A stretch of 63,617 nucleotides of DNA, filler included, from Chrysochromulina tobinii (lineage: Eukaryota), in the NCBI GenBank assembly GCA_001275005.1. It is 9 parts of 9 records of this genome, joined end to end, with 100 filler letters (N's around TTAATTAATTAA, not from the genome) between each part and the next. Parts side by side here need not be neighbours in the genome. Positions count along the whole stretch, not along the records: positions 5,682 to 19,029 come from JWZX01000600.1; positions 19,130 to 37,756 come from JWZX01000601.1; 7 more parts are not named here. The stretch is one strand, 5' to 3'. The position numbers and the translations under genes are program-made. The notes beneath the pieces were generated by a model, which saw only the letters and a program-made list of their open reading frames with translations, had not been told where the DNA came from and did not search any database. Position 1 is the first letter of the stretch; each line of letters starts with the position of its first letter. Below are positions 18,679 to 29,492 of this stretch, piece after piece.

Positions 18679-19387
18679 TCTCCGGCGTCGGCGAGTGAAT
18701 CTCCACTGATGCCTGTGTGCAGCAAGATTCACTCCTCCCCGTTTCCCCACAGGCCCCCATTCACGTGCTGCCTTGACGGAGGTGTGCACCGCGGCGCTTG
18801 GCTATGCGCAGCCTGTTGAGGAGAAACCCTTTCAATTCGACCCTGGAGAGTCGGAGGATGACCGGGACAGTGTCGCGGATGTGGACGCGCTCTAACGCGC
18901 CCTCATGCTCCCCCGAACCCATGACCCCCCCGCAAGCTTAACCCGCCCAGTCCCCCTCTGAGAGTCTCCCGGCAAGCTACGGCCCCGGAGCAGGGGTGCT
19001 GGTGTGTGTGCTATGCTTGCGCCCCTTCGNNNNNNNNNNNNNNNNNNNNNNNNNNNNNNNNNNNNNNNNNNNNTTAATTAATTAANNNNNNNNNNNNNNN
19101 NNNNNNNNNNNNNNNNNNNNNNNNNNNNNCCTAGCCGCCTCCTCCGCAGCCTCCGCATGCGACGCCTCCGACGATGCCTCCGCCGCGCCCCCGCCCGCCC
19201 TCGCCTATAGCCCTCGCCAGTCGTCACCCCCGCCTAACCCCCGCCTCCGCGCCCACCTAATAGTATAAAGCTATAAACGCCCACCTCCCGCCCGCCTCGC
19301 CGCCTGTCGGCGCCCCCAGCTCGACCGACCAGCTCGTTAAGGACGTTAACCAGCTCGACGACGATGAGGAGGCACTAAGCCCCAGGC

Positions 19388-19438
19388 CATACCATACCAT
19401 ACCATACCATGCCATGCCATACCATGCCGTACCATGCC
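19388..19438 (+). repeat. (CCATA/CCATG)n pentanucleotide microsatellite
   Basis: Tandem CCATACCATA...CCATGCC array. Confidence 0.8.
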
Positions 19439-19689
19439 TGTCTACAGGCGAGGTGGTTGCACGGGTTCAGACCCGGCGGGTTGACCCGGAGTATTGTACA
19501 TGTAATACAATGTATGGCGACTCTCAACCGTGTCTGTGCGCGCGGCACGCGTTACACGTCGCGAGCATGAGAATGAATCGAGGGCAACGTGTGCGAGGTG
19601 TTGCCCTTCATTTGAGATTGCGTGTTGGTGTGCATGCGTCATGTGTATTCACATGAATACACACAATACCGAAAACGAGAATCGAGTTC

Positions 19690-20904
19690 ATGTCGAATCC
19701 CGTCGCGATCGCGGTCGGCAACTCAAGCTGGCTGACGGCATGGGAGAACATGCCCTCGCGCGATGACACGACTTTCTGTTTCTCGCTCCTCCTCATTTTC
19801 TGCCTCTCCTTCATTGCGACGCTCACCAGCCAGCAGAGGTCAAAGCCCGAGCATTCGCTGGACCCTGTCCCCGTGACTCACGTGCCGCCGACGTTGAAAA
19901 CCCCTGCGAAGGACGAGTCGGTGACCAAGCGGTCGCCGCCGGCCACGCCTAGCACTGCTGCGTCCGTGCATCGGGCGCTCGAGCCAGTCCTGTACACGCT
20001 TCCAACGGAGAAGAGCGCCGCTCCGATGCATTGCGAGCCCAAGCAGGCGCCGAGTGGTGCCCTGGCTGACAAGGTGATGCGTGACGTGAAGGCGCTGCGC
20101 GCGGCCATCGAGCAGCGCAAGGGCGGGTGGAGAAATGAGGTGCGTGCCGAGGCCGAGGCGCAGCTCGACGACTTCTCTCTGGCGCGCTGGGTCATCGGCC
20201 AGTTTCCGGTGCCGCCCCAGGATGCCTTCGAGCAGGCGATGAAGTGGCGCGTCGAGCACCAGGTGGCCCAACTCTACCGGGAGTTCCACCCGCTCGCCCG
20301 CCAGCAGCCCGGCGCCAGCGAGCGCCAGCGGTGCGTACACGGGCACTTCTACGGTGGCATCGGCGGCGTCGCGCGCGACGGCACCCCGTACATCATCGAG
20401 CGGATGGGCAAGGCGGACTTTCAGGGCTACGGTAGGCAGCGAAATGGGACCGAGCTCATGAAGCAGGCGTACATTGCGCACCTTGAGACCCTCACGCGAT
20501 GCGTGCGCGCAACCTCGGCAGAGCAGGGCCGCTTAGCGATGGGCATCGTGGTGATCGACACTTCAGGCGTGGGCCCCTCGCTGGTCTGGTCTGGAGGCGT
20601 GGCGTTCGTCCAGTTCGCGGCCAAGATGGGGCTCGCCAACTTTCCCGAAGGCACTGAAGAGGTCTTCCTGGTCAATGCGCCCGGCATCGTCGCACGCCTC
20701 TTCGGTATCATCTCGCCGCTGCTCCCGGCGGACACAGCCAAGAAGGTCAAGATAGTCTCGGCGGCGAACACGCGCGCGGCGCTCGAGCACAGAATTGACC
20801 GCTCCCAGATCCCAACGTTCCTCGGCGGCGACAAGTCTGAGGCAGAGCTCGGCTTCCCCGGCGTCCGGCCAATGCCCAGGGAGACCCCTTTCGCCTTACC
20901 GTAG
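19690..20904 (+). CDS. CRAL-TRIO/SEC14 lipid-binding protein with N-terminal TM segment
   Basis: LDDFSLARW, AMKWR, GVARDGTPYIIERMG, NFPE...FLVNAP, IDRSQIPTFLGG. Confidence 0.87.
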   Translation: MSNPVAIAVGNSSWLTAWENMPSRDDTTFCFSLLLIFCLSFIATLTSQQRSKPEHSLDPVPVTHVPPTLKTPAKDESVTKRSPPATPSTAASVHRALEPVLYTLPTEKSAAPMHCEPKQAPSGALADKVMRDVKALRAAIEQRKGGWRNEVRAEAEAQLDDFSLARWVIGQFPVPPQDAFEQAMKWRVEHQVAQLYREFHPLARQQPGASERQRCVHGHFYGGIGGVARDGTPYIIERMGKADFQGYGRQRNGTELMKQAYIAHLETLTRCVRATSAEQGRLAMGIVVIDTSGVGPSLVWSGGVAFVQFAAKMGLANFPEGTEEVFLVNAPGIVARLFGIISPLLPADTAKKVKIVSAANTRAALEHRIDRSQIPTFLGGDKSEAELGFPGVRPMPRETPFALP

Positions 20905-21520
20905 GTCAAGATAGGCGAAGGTCAAGATAGGTCCCTTCGCCTTGCCGTGGGCAGCCCTAAGGCAGCCCGGCCGACTCAGCACGTCGAGCGCGCGCAAACT
21001 CTTACGCAAACTCTCACTCTCAAATCACAGTTCTAGACGTGCACTTTCTAGGTGGGCGGCTCTCGTTCGCCGTTGGCCCGGAGGGGCGGAAAACGCTGAT
21101 TCAATACGCGTACGCAGATTGCAGTTGCACGCTGGTCGCCTTATCGAACACCGGGTCTGCACGGCACCGATAGCACGATCGTGTCTTTTTGACCTTTGAC
21201 GGGTCTCACGGCCACGCGGCTCACATGGTACAACCACGGATCACGGTAGTCGGTACCTCAACATCCATTGGCTGCCGCTGCGCTGATGGTGCCTCGTCGC
21301 ACACAACTCTCGGACACGTCGGGCCGCGCAGCGCGCACGGTGGTCGTGGACAGCCGCACAACCGGGACACGCATCACACCGAGGACCATCACACACGCCT
21401 CAAACTGGTCATTGCTCGTTGTGACGTTGCCAACAGTAGGCACACCCCCCGACGCCTCCTGACCGCTACCACACTTACCGTCCGCTCTCACCCTATGGTG
21501 GCTGTAGCGGCGCTCGCTCG

Positions 21521-24220
21521 CTAGAATTGCTGGCCGGCGCGCCACACCGCGGTGATGTCAGTCACCCATGCGGTAAGCTCTTTGGAGTCCTCCGACTCGA
21601 ATTTGATCGATTCGCCCGCCTTGGCGATCGGCTTGTCCTTGGGCTTGGCGCCCGGGGCTTTCACGTCCTCCTTGAGGATGATCGCAAACGACGACATCGA
21701 ACTGCACATGACGCGCTGTACCTCCCTACGCACATCGAGCGTCGCCTTGGGCGGCTTGGCGTCGCTAAAGTCCTTCTTATCGCCGTAGATGGCGACGCTG
21801 CCCGCGCCAAGGACGACCCAGCGTGGCTTCTTCTTGCCGGCCAGCTCGCACTGGAGCAGCCCACTCCGGCTCATGCCGCCCCAGTCCGCGGCCTGCTCCG
21901 GCGCGCTCATAGGCTTCTGTGCGGGCGCGCCGGGCAAACGCACCGACATCGGGCCCTGAATGGATCCGAAGCCGGGGGCTTCCAGCGGCGGTGCGCCCCA
22001 CTGGCCTCCTCCGAAGCCGCCCGGATGCGCTGGCTCGCCACCGTTGCCGCCGATGAAGCCGAAGGCAGAGCCGCCGCCGGCAGGCAAAGGCGGCAGCAAG
22101 CCACCGCTAGCGCTGCCAAAGCCGTCGCCCGGTGGAGCAAGCGTGGGCGGTACAAAGCCGCCGCCGGCCCCGGTGGCGTCTTTCCCCTTGTCCTTTGTCT
22201 CCTTCGGCGCCTTGGGCTTGCTCTTGCGACCAAAGAAGCCACCCTTTTTCTTCTTCTCGTTCAGGTCGTCGTCGTCGTCGTCGTCGTCACCAGCTGCCTC
22301 CACGCCGGCACCGCCTGCACCTCCATCTATCCCGCTGTGCGGGGGCAGGAGCCCACCGCCGCCACTGCCGCCACCGCCGAAGCCACCAGCGGGTGGCGCA
22401 GGCGGTAGTAAGCCACCGCCGTAGCCGCCGTAGCCGCCGGCGGGAGAAGGGCGGGCGAGCGCGGCCCGCTTTGCGCCAGAGAGCCACGATGGAGGGATCG
22501 ACTCTGGCAGAGGTTGCCCCTTGAAGCGCTCGGCCGCCAGGTGCAGCGCGATCGTGAACTCTTCGAGGTCGAGCACGCCCCTCGCGTTCAGGTCACACAG
22601 CGCCCAAACGACATCGACCTCATGAGGTGGGAGATTGGCGCGCTGCATCGTCGTCTGCACCAGTGGGCGAGTGACTGGCTGCCCGTTGTTGAGACTGTCA
22701 TAGATGAGCTTGTACTGCTTCGCTGCCTCCTCGCCCCACGGCATTGCAGCTGGCAGCGGCGGCGGTGGCGGCGGCGGGTTGTGTACCGTGAATTTGGGAG
22801 GTGGAGGTGGCGGGGGCGCGTCAGCGATAGGATGGCTCGCACCGAGTCCGTTTGACGGAGGCTTGTCGGCGATCGCGCCGGTGGCGAGGATGGTGTGCAG
22901 TCGCGAGCACGCCATGTGGAAGTGAGCCTTGCTCACGCTGCTGCTTGCCTGGCTCCATGAGCCTGCCCAGGCGACGCCCGTCTGTGCCGCGCCTGGGTCG
23001 AAGGCGAGACGGAGCAGTTCGAAGACAGTCGAGCGCGAGACGCCGCCATCAGAGCCACCGATCGCAGCGAGCAGGCGCTCATAGGCAGCGGTGGCGGCTG
23101 CCGAGGTGGCGGCGGCGGAAGGATCGGTGGCAGCCCCGGCGGACGCGGATTGAGGGGTGACGGGCGCGGCGCTCGAAGGGGGCGTGGCGCTCGGCAGTGG
23201 CGCTGAGGCATACCCGCCGCCATACCCGCCGCCATGCCCGCCACCGCCGCCCAGACTCATCCCGTCGAAAGTGGCCACGGGTGGCGCGGGAGCGGGCGCG
23301 GGCGCGGGCGCGGGCGCGGGTGGTGGCGTCCAGGTGGGCGGCGCGGGAGCGGGCGCGGGCGCGGGTGGTGGCGTCCAGGCGGGTGGCGGCGCGGGAGCGG
23401 GCGCGGGCGCAGGCGCGGGCGCGGGCGCAGGTGCGGGCGCGGGCGGTGGCGCGAATCCCTCGCGTGGCACCATCTGCTTGGCCGACGCAAACAGCTCGGG
23501 CGGCAGCGCACTAGGCAGCGCCATCTGCAGCTTCTTATTCCGGGTGATCATGTGGCATGCCAACGCGTACTCATGGAGATCGAGGAAACCGTCTCGGTCC
23601 ACGTCGGCGAGCTGCCAGACGTGCATGAGCTGCTCGCCCGACAGGCCCGATCGGCTGAGCTGGCTCGTGGCCGCCGTCACCTTGCCCGCCTTGGCCGCGT
23701 CCGCCGCCGCGAACATGGTCTTGTACAGCGCCACATCCGCGTCTGTGAGTGTCCAAGGCCCAGGCTCGGCAGCGGGCGGCGCAGCGGGAGGCGGCGCGGC
23801 GGGAGCCGGCGCGGCGGCTGGAGGCATCTGGTAGGGCACTTGGTACGGCGCTTGGTACGGCGCTTGGTACTGTGGTGCGGCGGCTGGAGGTGCGGCTGGA
23901 GGTGCTTGGTTGAGTTGCGTCATCGCCGCCTGCAGCAGAGCGGGAGGACATGAGGTCATTTGCTCGACCTGCACGCCCGCGCGTGCGAACTGGATGAGAT
24001 GCATCGCGATGCGGTGCTCGTGCATGTCGAGCTTGCCTCGTTTCTGCTGGTCCGCGAGCGCCCACACGCGTAGCAGCTGATCGCCTGCAAGCCCGAAGGC
24101 GACCCACTTTTCCTTGGCGCACATCCCGCTGAATGAGTCGGGTGCGTCTTTGAGCTGAGCAAAGATGGCGTCGTAGCGCGCGAGCGTTTCGGGAGGCGGC
24201 GGGACGTTGACGTCCGCCAT
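21521..24220 (-). CDS. EH-domain (x3) + Pro-rich + PH-domain endocytic scaffold (Eps15/Pan1-like)
   Basis: VWALADQQKRGKLD, VWQLADVDRDGFLDLHEYALA, VWALCDLNARGVLDLEEFTIALHL; C-terminal PH motifs SGLL...RWVVL...ELTAWV. Confidence 0.87.
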   Translation of the reverse strand: MADVNVPPPPETLARYDAIFAQLKDAPDSFSGMCAKEKWVAFGLAGDQLLRVWALADQQKRGKLDMHEHRIAMHLIQFARAGVQVEQMTSCPPALLQAAMTQLNQAPPAAPPAAAPQYQAPYQAPYQVPYQMPPAAAPAPAAPPPAAPPAAEPGPWTLTDADVALYKTMFAAADAAKAGKVTAATSQLSRSGLSGEQLMHVWQLADVDRDGFLDLHEYALACHMITRNKKLQMALPSALPPELFASAKQMVPREGFAPPPAPAPAPAPAPAPAPAPAPPPAWTPPPAPAPAPAPPTWTPPPAPAPAPAPAPAPPVATFDGMSLGGGGGHGGGYGGGYASAPLPSATPPSSAAPVTPQSASAGAATDPSAAATSAAATAAYERLLAAIGGSDGGVSRSTVFELLRLAFDPGAAQTGVAWAGSWSQASSSVSKAHFHMACSRLHTILATGAIADKPPSNGLGASHPIADAPPPPPPPKFTVHNPPPPPPPLPAAMPWGEEAAKQYKLIYDSLNNGQPVTRPLVQTTMQRANLPPHEVDVVWALCDLNARGVLDLEEFTIALHLAAERFKGQPLPESIPPSWLSGAKRAALARPSPAGGYGGYGGGLLPPAPPAGGFGGGGSGGGGLLPPHSGIDGGAGGAGVEAAGDDDDDDDDLNEKKKKGGFFGRKSKPKAPKETKDKGKDATGAGGGFVPPTLAPPGDGFGSASGGLLPPLPAGGGSAFGFIGGNGGEPAHPGGFGGGQWGAPPLEAPGFGSIQGPMSVRLPGAPAQKPMSAPEQAADWGGMSRSGLLQCELAGKKKPRWVVLGAGSVAIYGDKKDFSDAKPPKATLDVRREVQRVMCSSMSSFAIILKEDVKAPGAKPKDKPIAKAGESIKFESEDSKELTAWVTDITAVWRAGQQF

Positions 24221-24860
24221 TAGAAGAAGGACTTCGCGGGGGTGTTGTCCTCAGTCGGGAGCATCGCAAACATTAACTTTCTGTGGGGAACCAGGGGAGC
24301 CGTCGCGGGCGCCTCCTTGGGGATTTGCTCCTTTCCTGTGTGATTTTAGAACATCAAGGCATCTCATTCATAGGGAGGCACGGTGCGGACGGCTCCACAG
24401 GGGGAGACGGCCCGGCGTGGGCGCCCCCATTCACAAATGAGAAAGGTGGGGCTGGTCGCAAGAAGGTGATGATTGCATTTGATTGCAGCCATTTTTTGTT
24501 GGGTCGCGGCGGAATGGAGCAAAGTCGGACACCTTACGGATGTCAAAACATGAGACCGCAGCGCCCAGCGGTCTGCCCCCCCGGGGGTCTCGAGACGAGT
24601 CGCTTATAAACTCTCAATCGGGAGCATCGCAAAACACAGCCTCGCGGGCTAATCCGACATCTCGAGACCTCAAGACAAGCATTCAGTTAAGATACGCAAC
24701 ACCTTCTCCCATCATTCTGCATCATTCATCAATCATGCACGCTCCGTTCCATGTACTCTACCCATGTGCGGTCTTGCGCGCGCACTACCTCAAAGCCCTG
24801 CCTCAAAGTGGTGACGCCTGTGACTTGCTCATTCTTGTGACGTGTCGACGTGCACGCCCT

Positions 24861-27250
24861 TCACCAGTTGGACATCGACATGGTAATCTCAGTTTCCTCG
24901 GCGATCTCCTCATCGATGACGGATTGGACCGGGGCGGGGTGGGTGTGGACAACTGCGACTCGAGTCGCCTCCCGTTCCTTCTCCCGATCTCGACGCACTT
25001 GCCTTTCGTGCTTCCGCTGGAAGGAATGGCTTGGACTCCGCTCGCTCCAGTGCCGATGCCAGGCGATGGGAGGGGGCAGGAAGGAAGAGTTTGGCGTCCG
25101 AGAGCCCGATGCCGGGGTCCGAGCTCCGGATGTCGGGGTCCATCCGCCGTCGCTCGGTGTAGCCCTTCCGGACCGACGTCCTCCGTAGGCTTCCTCATCG
25201 TCGGAGGCTGCGTACAATGCCTCGTCACGTCGTTGCTGGACACGTTTGACGACCTTCTCCGCCGCCTGCGCGGTGGCAGCCTCGAGCTGCCGCCGACTCC
25301 ACAGCTCAGCCTCCTCTGCCCTCTTCGCCATCACCTTCCAGTCGGTCCGCCAGTGGGTGAATGCTTCGTTGAGCTCGGGCTTGTTGACCCGGCTTGCTAC
25401 CTTTTGCAGCAGCCGGCGGTCGTTTTTGCCGTAGGTCCACATATAAAACCAAGCCGTCCAGCCGCGCGCGAGGTCGGTGTTCATGATGCGACGCGTGACT
25501 TGCCGGCGAAGCAGCTCGATGCGTGCGGCGCGGAGGAGCGCCTCGCGATGCTTCGCCTGCTCCTCAGCGAATCGCAGGGCCACGCTGTTGACAGTGTCGG
25601 CCGCTGTCGAGAAGGTGACTTTGCTAGGGTCCTCCTCCTGAGCAAACGGCCACTTATTCTGGTAGCTCTGGCGGCCCAAGAAAACCGCGATCCCGATGAA
25701 AATGTAGAGGATGGACAGCTCGAGTAGCGGGTCGCTCCCATCCCTAAAGTAGCTGTCGGTGGTGACGAAGATGAACGAGAAGATGATCAACTGCGGGATC
25801 ACCACCAGAGGGAGGAAACGAACTTTCCAGGCCCTCGGGTCATCCTCTCTGCGCCCGGCCCAGATCTGGTAGCGCAAGGCGCAGATGCCGATTCCCTGGC
25901 CGATGAACTGGACGAGGGTGAGCATCACGGTCATCGCGCCCACGACGACATCGAGATCCAAGAAGCAGAACAGTGAGGAGAGCGTACCGAGCGCGAGGAG
26001 CGACAGGGTGGGCACGCCTTCAGAGCACCCAAGGGTGGAGCGGCGGGCGAAGGCCTCGATGAATAGGCCGCTCTCCGCCGCTGCCCCAGGCAAGTACATC
26101 ATACCGGCCATGTTTGAGAACACAGAACCGAAGATGACGATGCAGACAATGACGGCGGAGAAGCACGCAAACGCGCGGCCGGCGAGCTTCTCCGAAAACT
26201 GCGACACGCCGAACCGAAGGCGCGCGAGAGGGAGACGATCTGTATGAGAGAGTAATGAGAGAGGGTGCGAGGGATGGGAGTGCGCTGGGCGAGATGCGGA
26301 TGGAGCGCGGGGTTCGGTCGCAGCCAAAGAACCTCCGCCACGATGTACACTGCGTCGTCGTTGGCTGCGCGAGTGGCGAAGCCGTCGTCACCACCCCACG
26401 GCAAGTAGCCGAGGATTGAGATGTAGGTGAGCATGTACACGCAGAGCAGCACGCTGCACGTGATGATGCACGACCCGGGGATAGTGCGCCGTGGCTTCTG
26501 GACCTCGCCGCCCATGGTGCAGACGTCGTAGTAGCCGGTGAAGTCATAGATGCCGAACCGGCATGCGGCACCAAGGGTGGCAATCCCGTTACGAAGCGGT
26601 TCGGGAGGCAATTGGAAATTGTCGCCGTCGAAGTTGACAAAGCCGGCGATCAGTACGTAAAGAATCGCTGCGATCGTAACCGCCCAAAGCACGTAGATCA
26701 TTCGGCCCGAGTTGCCAGGCTTTTGCATCAGGATCGCCATGACCACCCAGTTCAGGCAGAAAGCCGTGAAAGACAGGGTCCAGTAATCGTTATTGCCGTG
26801 GATATATGAGGCGTAGTTGGCGATGGCGATGAAGCCCGAGGCACAATTGGCGGGGCCGCTGATCCAGGACTGCCAAAGGAAGATGAACGCCGCCAGATCG
26901 CCCCACTTGCCCACCCCAAAGCACTCGCGTAGGTACACGTACGTGCCGCCCGAGTATGGGAAGCGTGAGCCAAGCTCTCCCCAGATCCACGAGTCGCAAA
27001 AGCATGCTAATGCGGCAATAGAGTAGCCGATCATGGCGTGCGGACCGGGCGGATCCGTTGACGCGATGCAGTAGGGCATGGAGACAAAAGGGCCTGTGCC
27101 GAACATCATCATCGTGTTGAGCGCGCACGCCTGCGTGAAAGTGAATTTGTGGGAGTCGTCCTCTTCAACCTCTTTGCCATCTTCATCAAAGCCGTCAACG
27201 TCCTTACGTACTCGCGGCTTGTCGCCGATGAATCTGTTGAAAATTCCCAT
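24861..27250 (-). CDS. APC-superfamily amino acid permease (intron 26199-26332) with C-terminal W-repeat helical tail
   Basis: MMFGTGPF, WGELGSRFPYSGGTYVYLRE, YDFTGY...GGEVQKPRRTIP. A GT-AG intron joins IVAE to FSEKLAG in frame. Confidence 0.87.
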
Positions 27251-27471
27251 AGCTGTCAAGCAAGCCGTCAAGTGAGTCGCCTTAGAGACGCCCTGGCCGA
27301 GTGCCAAGAAGAATGCATCCTTAAAAGGATTGTTTCGAGGCTTGCATGCGGGCCCAAGTGATCGCATAGAAGATCGCCGTGAACTCCTTCGCGCGCGCTG
27401 GGGCAAGCACTTCATATCACATCACATCTATCACCTCTCCGCGTGCGTGGCTGCGCACGAACACGATCGGC

Positions 27472-28983
27472 ATGGTAGACTATTCCAAGTGGGCCAACTT
27501 GGACGACGACGACGATGACGACGACGTCCCCGTCAAGAAGGCGCCCGCCAAGGAGGCGGCAGCCGTCGACATGACGCCCGCCAAGGAGGTGGCGCCTGTC
27601 GAAATGTGCCAGGGCGCGGTCGTCCGGCTGCATCGGGGCAGCTTTTGCTACGTGAGCACGGACGGCGAAACGTACGACGAATCGCTCTGCCAAGTTATGT
27701 CGTTCAATCGCGACAAATTGGCGTGGATGTGCAAGTGGAAGGGCCGTGAGGTGCCCATTCCCGAGACAGCCTTGCGCCTGTGCTTCAGCCTGCTGCCGTC
27801 CGCTCTGGACAACCTACACTTCCATCACAAGATCGAGTTCGAGACGGCCCAGGGCTCGTGCGGCCGCGGCCTCGTCGCGGGGGAAGACATCAAGCAAGGC
27901 TCGCCCATCTTTGAGGAGCCGTGCCTCCTGGTCGTGTACAAGAGCGCCGTGTCGCCCATCGAGCAGCATGAGCTGCGCTGGCGGGCATACCAGATGCTCA
28001 AGAACTTGGCCTCGCGAGGGAATTCGTCGTACAAGAAAGCCGTCGCGGCCTTCGATCAGCTCGGCACGTCCAGCGTCGTGCCCGAGCACGTGCGCACCTC
28101 GGCCATCGAGATCGCCCGAGTCTCTCCAGATCCCCGAGCAAGGGCGGCTTCCTCCGCTTCCACTTACGCTGAGGAGATCGAGAGCGTCCTCATGCGCTTC
28201 CACTGCAACCAATTCTCGTTCTACAACGGCGCACCCGACAACGACCCGTCCTTTAATGCGTCGGCCGTCTTCTCGTACACCAGCCGGATCAACCACAGCT
28301 GCGCGCCGAACATGGCCTTGATTCGAAAGTACTCATATCGGAAGCTGCATGATCTGCCGACCAAGCTGGAGGCGGACGGCGGCATCACGATGGCTGTCGC
28401 GGCGCGCGACATTGCCAAGGGGGAACGCCTCACGTTCAGCTACGACACCACGATCGCCGCGACACGTATATACGAGAAGGAGAAGACGGTTGCGGCCGTG
28501 CCTGACCAGAGCCTCGGCGTCACGCACAGGCGCGAGCGGCTGCTCAACACCCTCAGCTTCCTGTGCGGCTGCGAGCGGTGCGTCGCCGATCTGGCCGACG
28601 AGAAGGCAGCGGCAAAGGGATCGGCGGTGAAGGGGGCGGCGGCGAAGGGGGCGGCGGCGAAGGGGGCACCGAAGCCGGCGCCCGAGTTGGCGCCGCACGA
28701 GGTGTCGTCTAGCGAGACGGCAACACATGCGGTGAAGGCATTGGATACGGCCCTTAGTTCGGAGGCGCGTTCGGACGTGGCCGCCAAGGCTGATCCGCCG
28801 CCGACGCAGGGCAGCGTCGATAGCGATGGCGGTGGGTCCGCTGGGTCGCCGGGCATCATCAACAGGTTCAACTTGCAGACAGCTTCGATGGCGACCGCGC
28901 TGCTCTACTTGGCTGCCGCCGCCGCCGCGCTGGCTTTGGCGTCCGTCGCTTTGGCGACCGCGTTGGCGCGCCGGCGTCGGTGA
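27472..28983 (+). CDS. SET-domain (SMYD-like) methyltransferase with hydrophobic C-terminus; possible extra exon 29067-29229
   Basis: GRGLVAGEDI, SRINHSCAPN, AARDIAKGERLTFSY, post-SET FLCGCERC; start MVDYSKW. Confidence 0.87.
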   Translation: MVDYSKWANLDDDDDDDDVPVKKAPAKEAAAVDMTPAKEVAPVEMCQGAVVRLHRGSFCYVSTDGETYDESLCQVMSFNRDKLAWMCKWKGREVPIPETALRLCFSLLPSALDNLHFHHKIEFETAQGSCGRGLVAGEDIKQGSPIFEEPCLLVVYKSAVSPIEQHELRWRAYQMLKNLASRGNSSYKKAVAAFDQLGTSSVVPEHVRTSAIEIARVSPDPRARAASSASTYAEEIESVLMRFHCNQFSFYNGAPDNDPSFNASAVFSYTSRINHSCAPNMALIRKYSYRKLHDLPTKLEADGGITMAVAARDIAKGERLTFSYDTTIAATRIYEKEKTVAAVPDQSLGVTHRRERLLNTLSFLCGCERCVADLADEKAAAKGSAVKGAAAKGAAAKGAPKPAPELAPHEVSSSETATHAVKALDTALSSEARSDVAAKADPPPTQGSVDSDGGGSAGSPGIINRFNLQTASMATALLYLAAAAAALALASVALATALARRRR

Positions 28984-29492
28984 TAGGAATGAGTGTGTGT
29001 GTGTGTGAAAAGTCAGATCTGACCGGGCCACTGTTTGGCTTCGTGTGTCTCTGTGTGTGTTTACAGCGTACACCACACGCAGCAGCTGGCAGCGGCAGCG
29101 CAGGTGGGCGACGCCCGACGCGTAGGGGATCCGGCGCGCATCCGGAAGAAGATGCAACTCATGCAAGATCACCGCGAGATGAAGATGCCCAATCGAATTA
29201 AGGCCGCGCGCGAGACCGGGCGGCGATAAGCGCCCGGCCCAACGACTGGTCGAGTATGGTTGTGGTAAGGGGGTCCAGGGGTCCCTCTAGATTCGAAAAC
29301 TGCCTGTGAAGACGAGACGTTAGTGTGAACGCTGTTTGAGCAGAGAGAAACACCGCAGCCTGTGCTGTCTGACGTCGCGCAAACGCCACGCCGCCGGCGA
29401 AGCAACCCAAGCGGGCTGCCAAGAAGCGGCCCGGCAAGAAAAAGGCACATCGCCCGCCACTCGCCACCATAGGTTCCGCAGCCTCCACCTCG

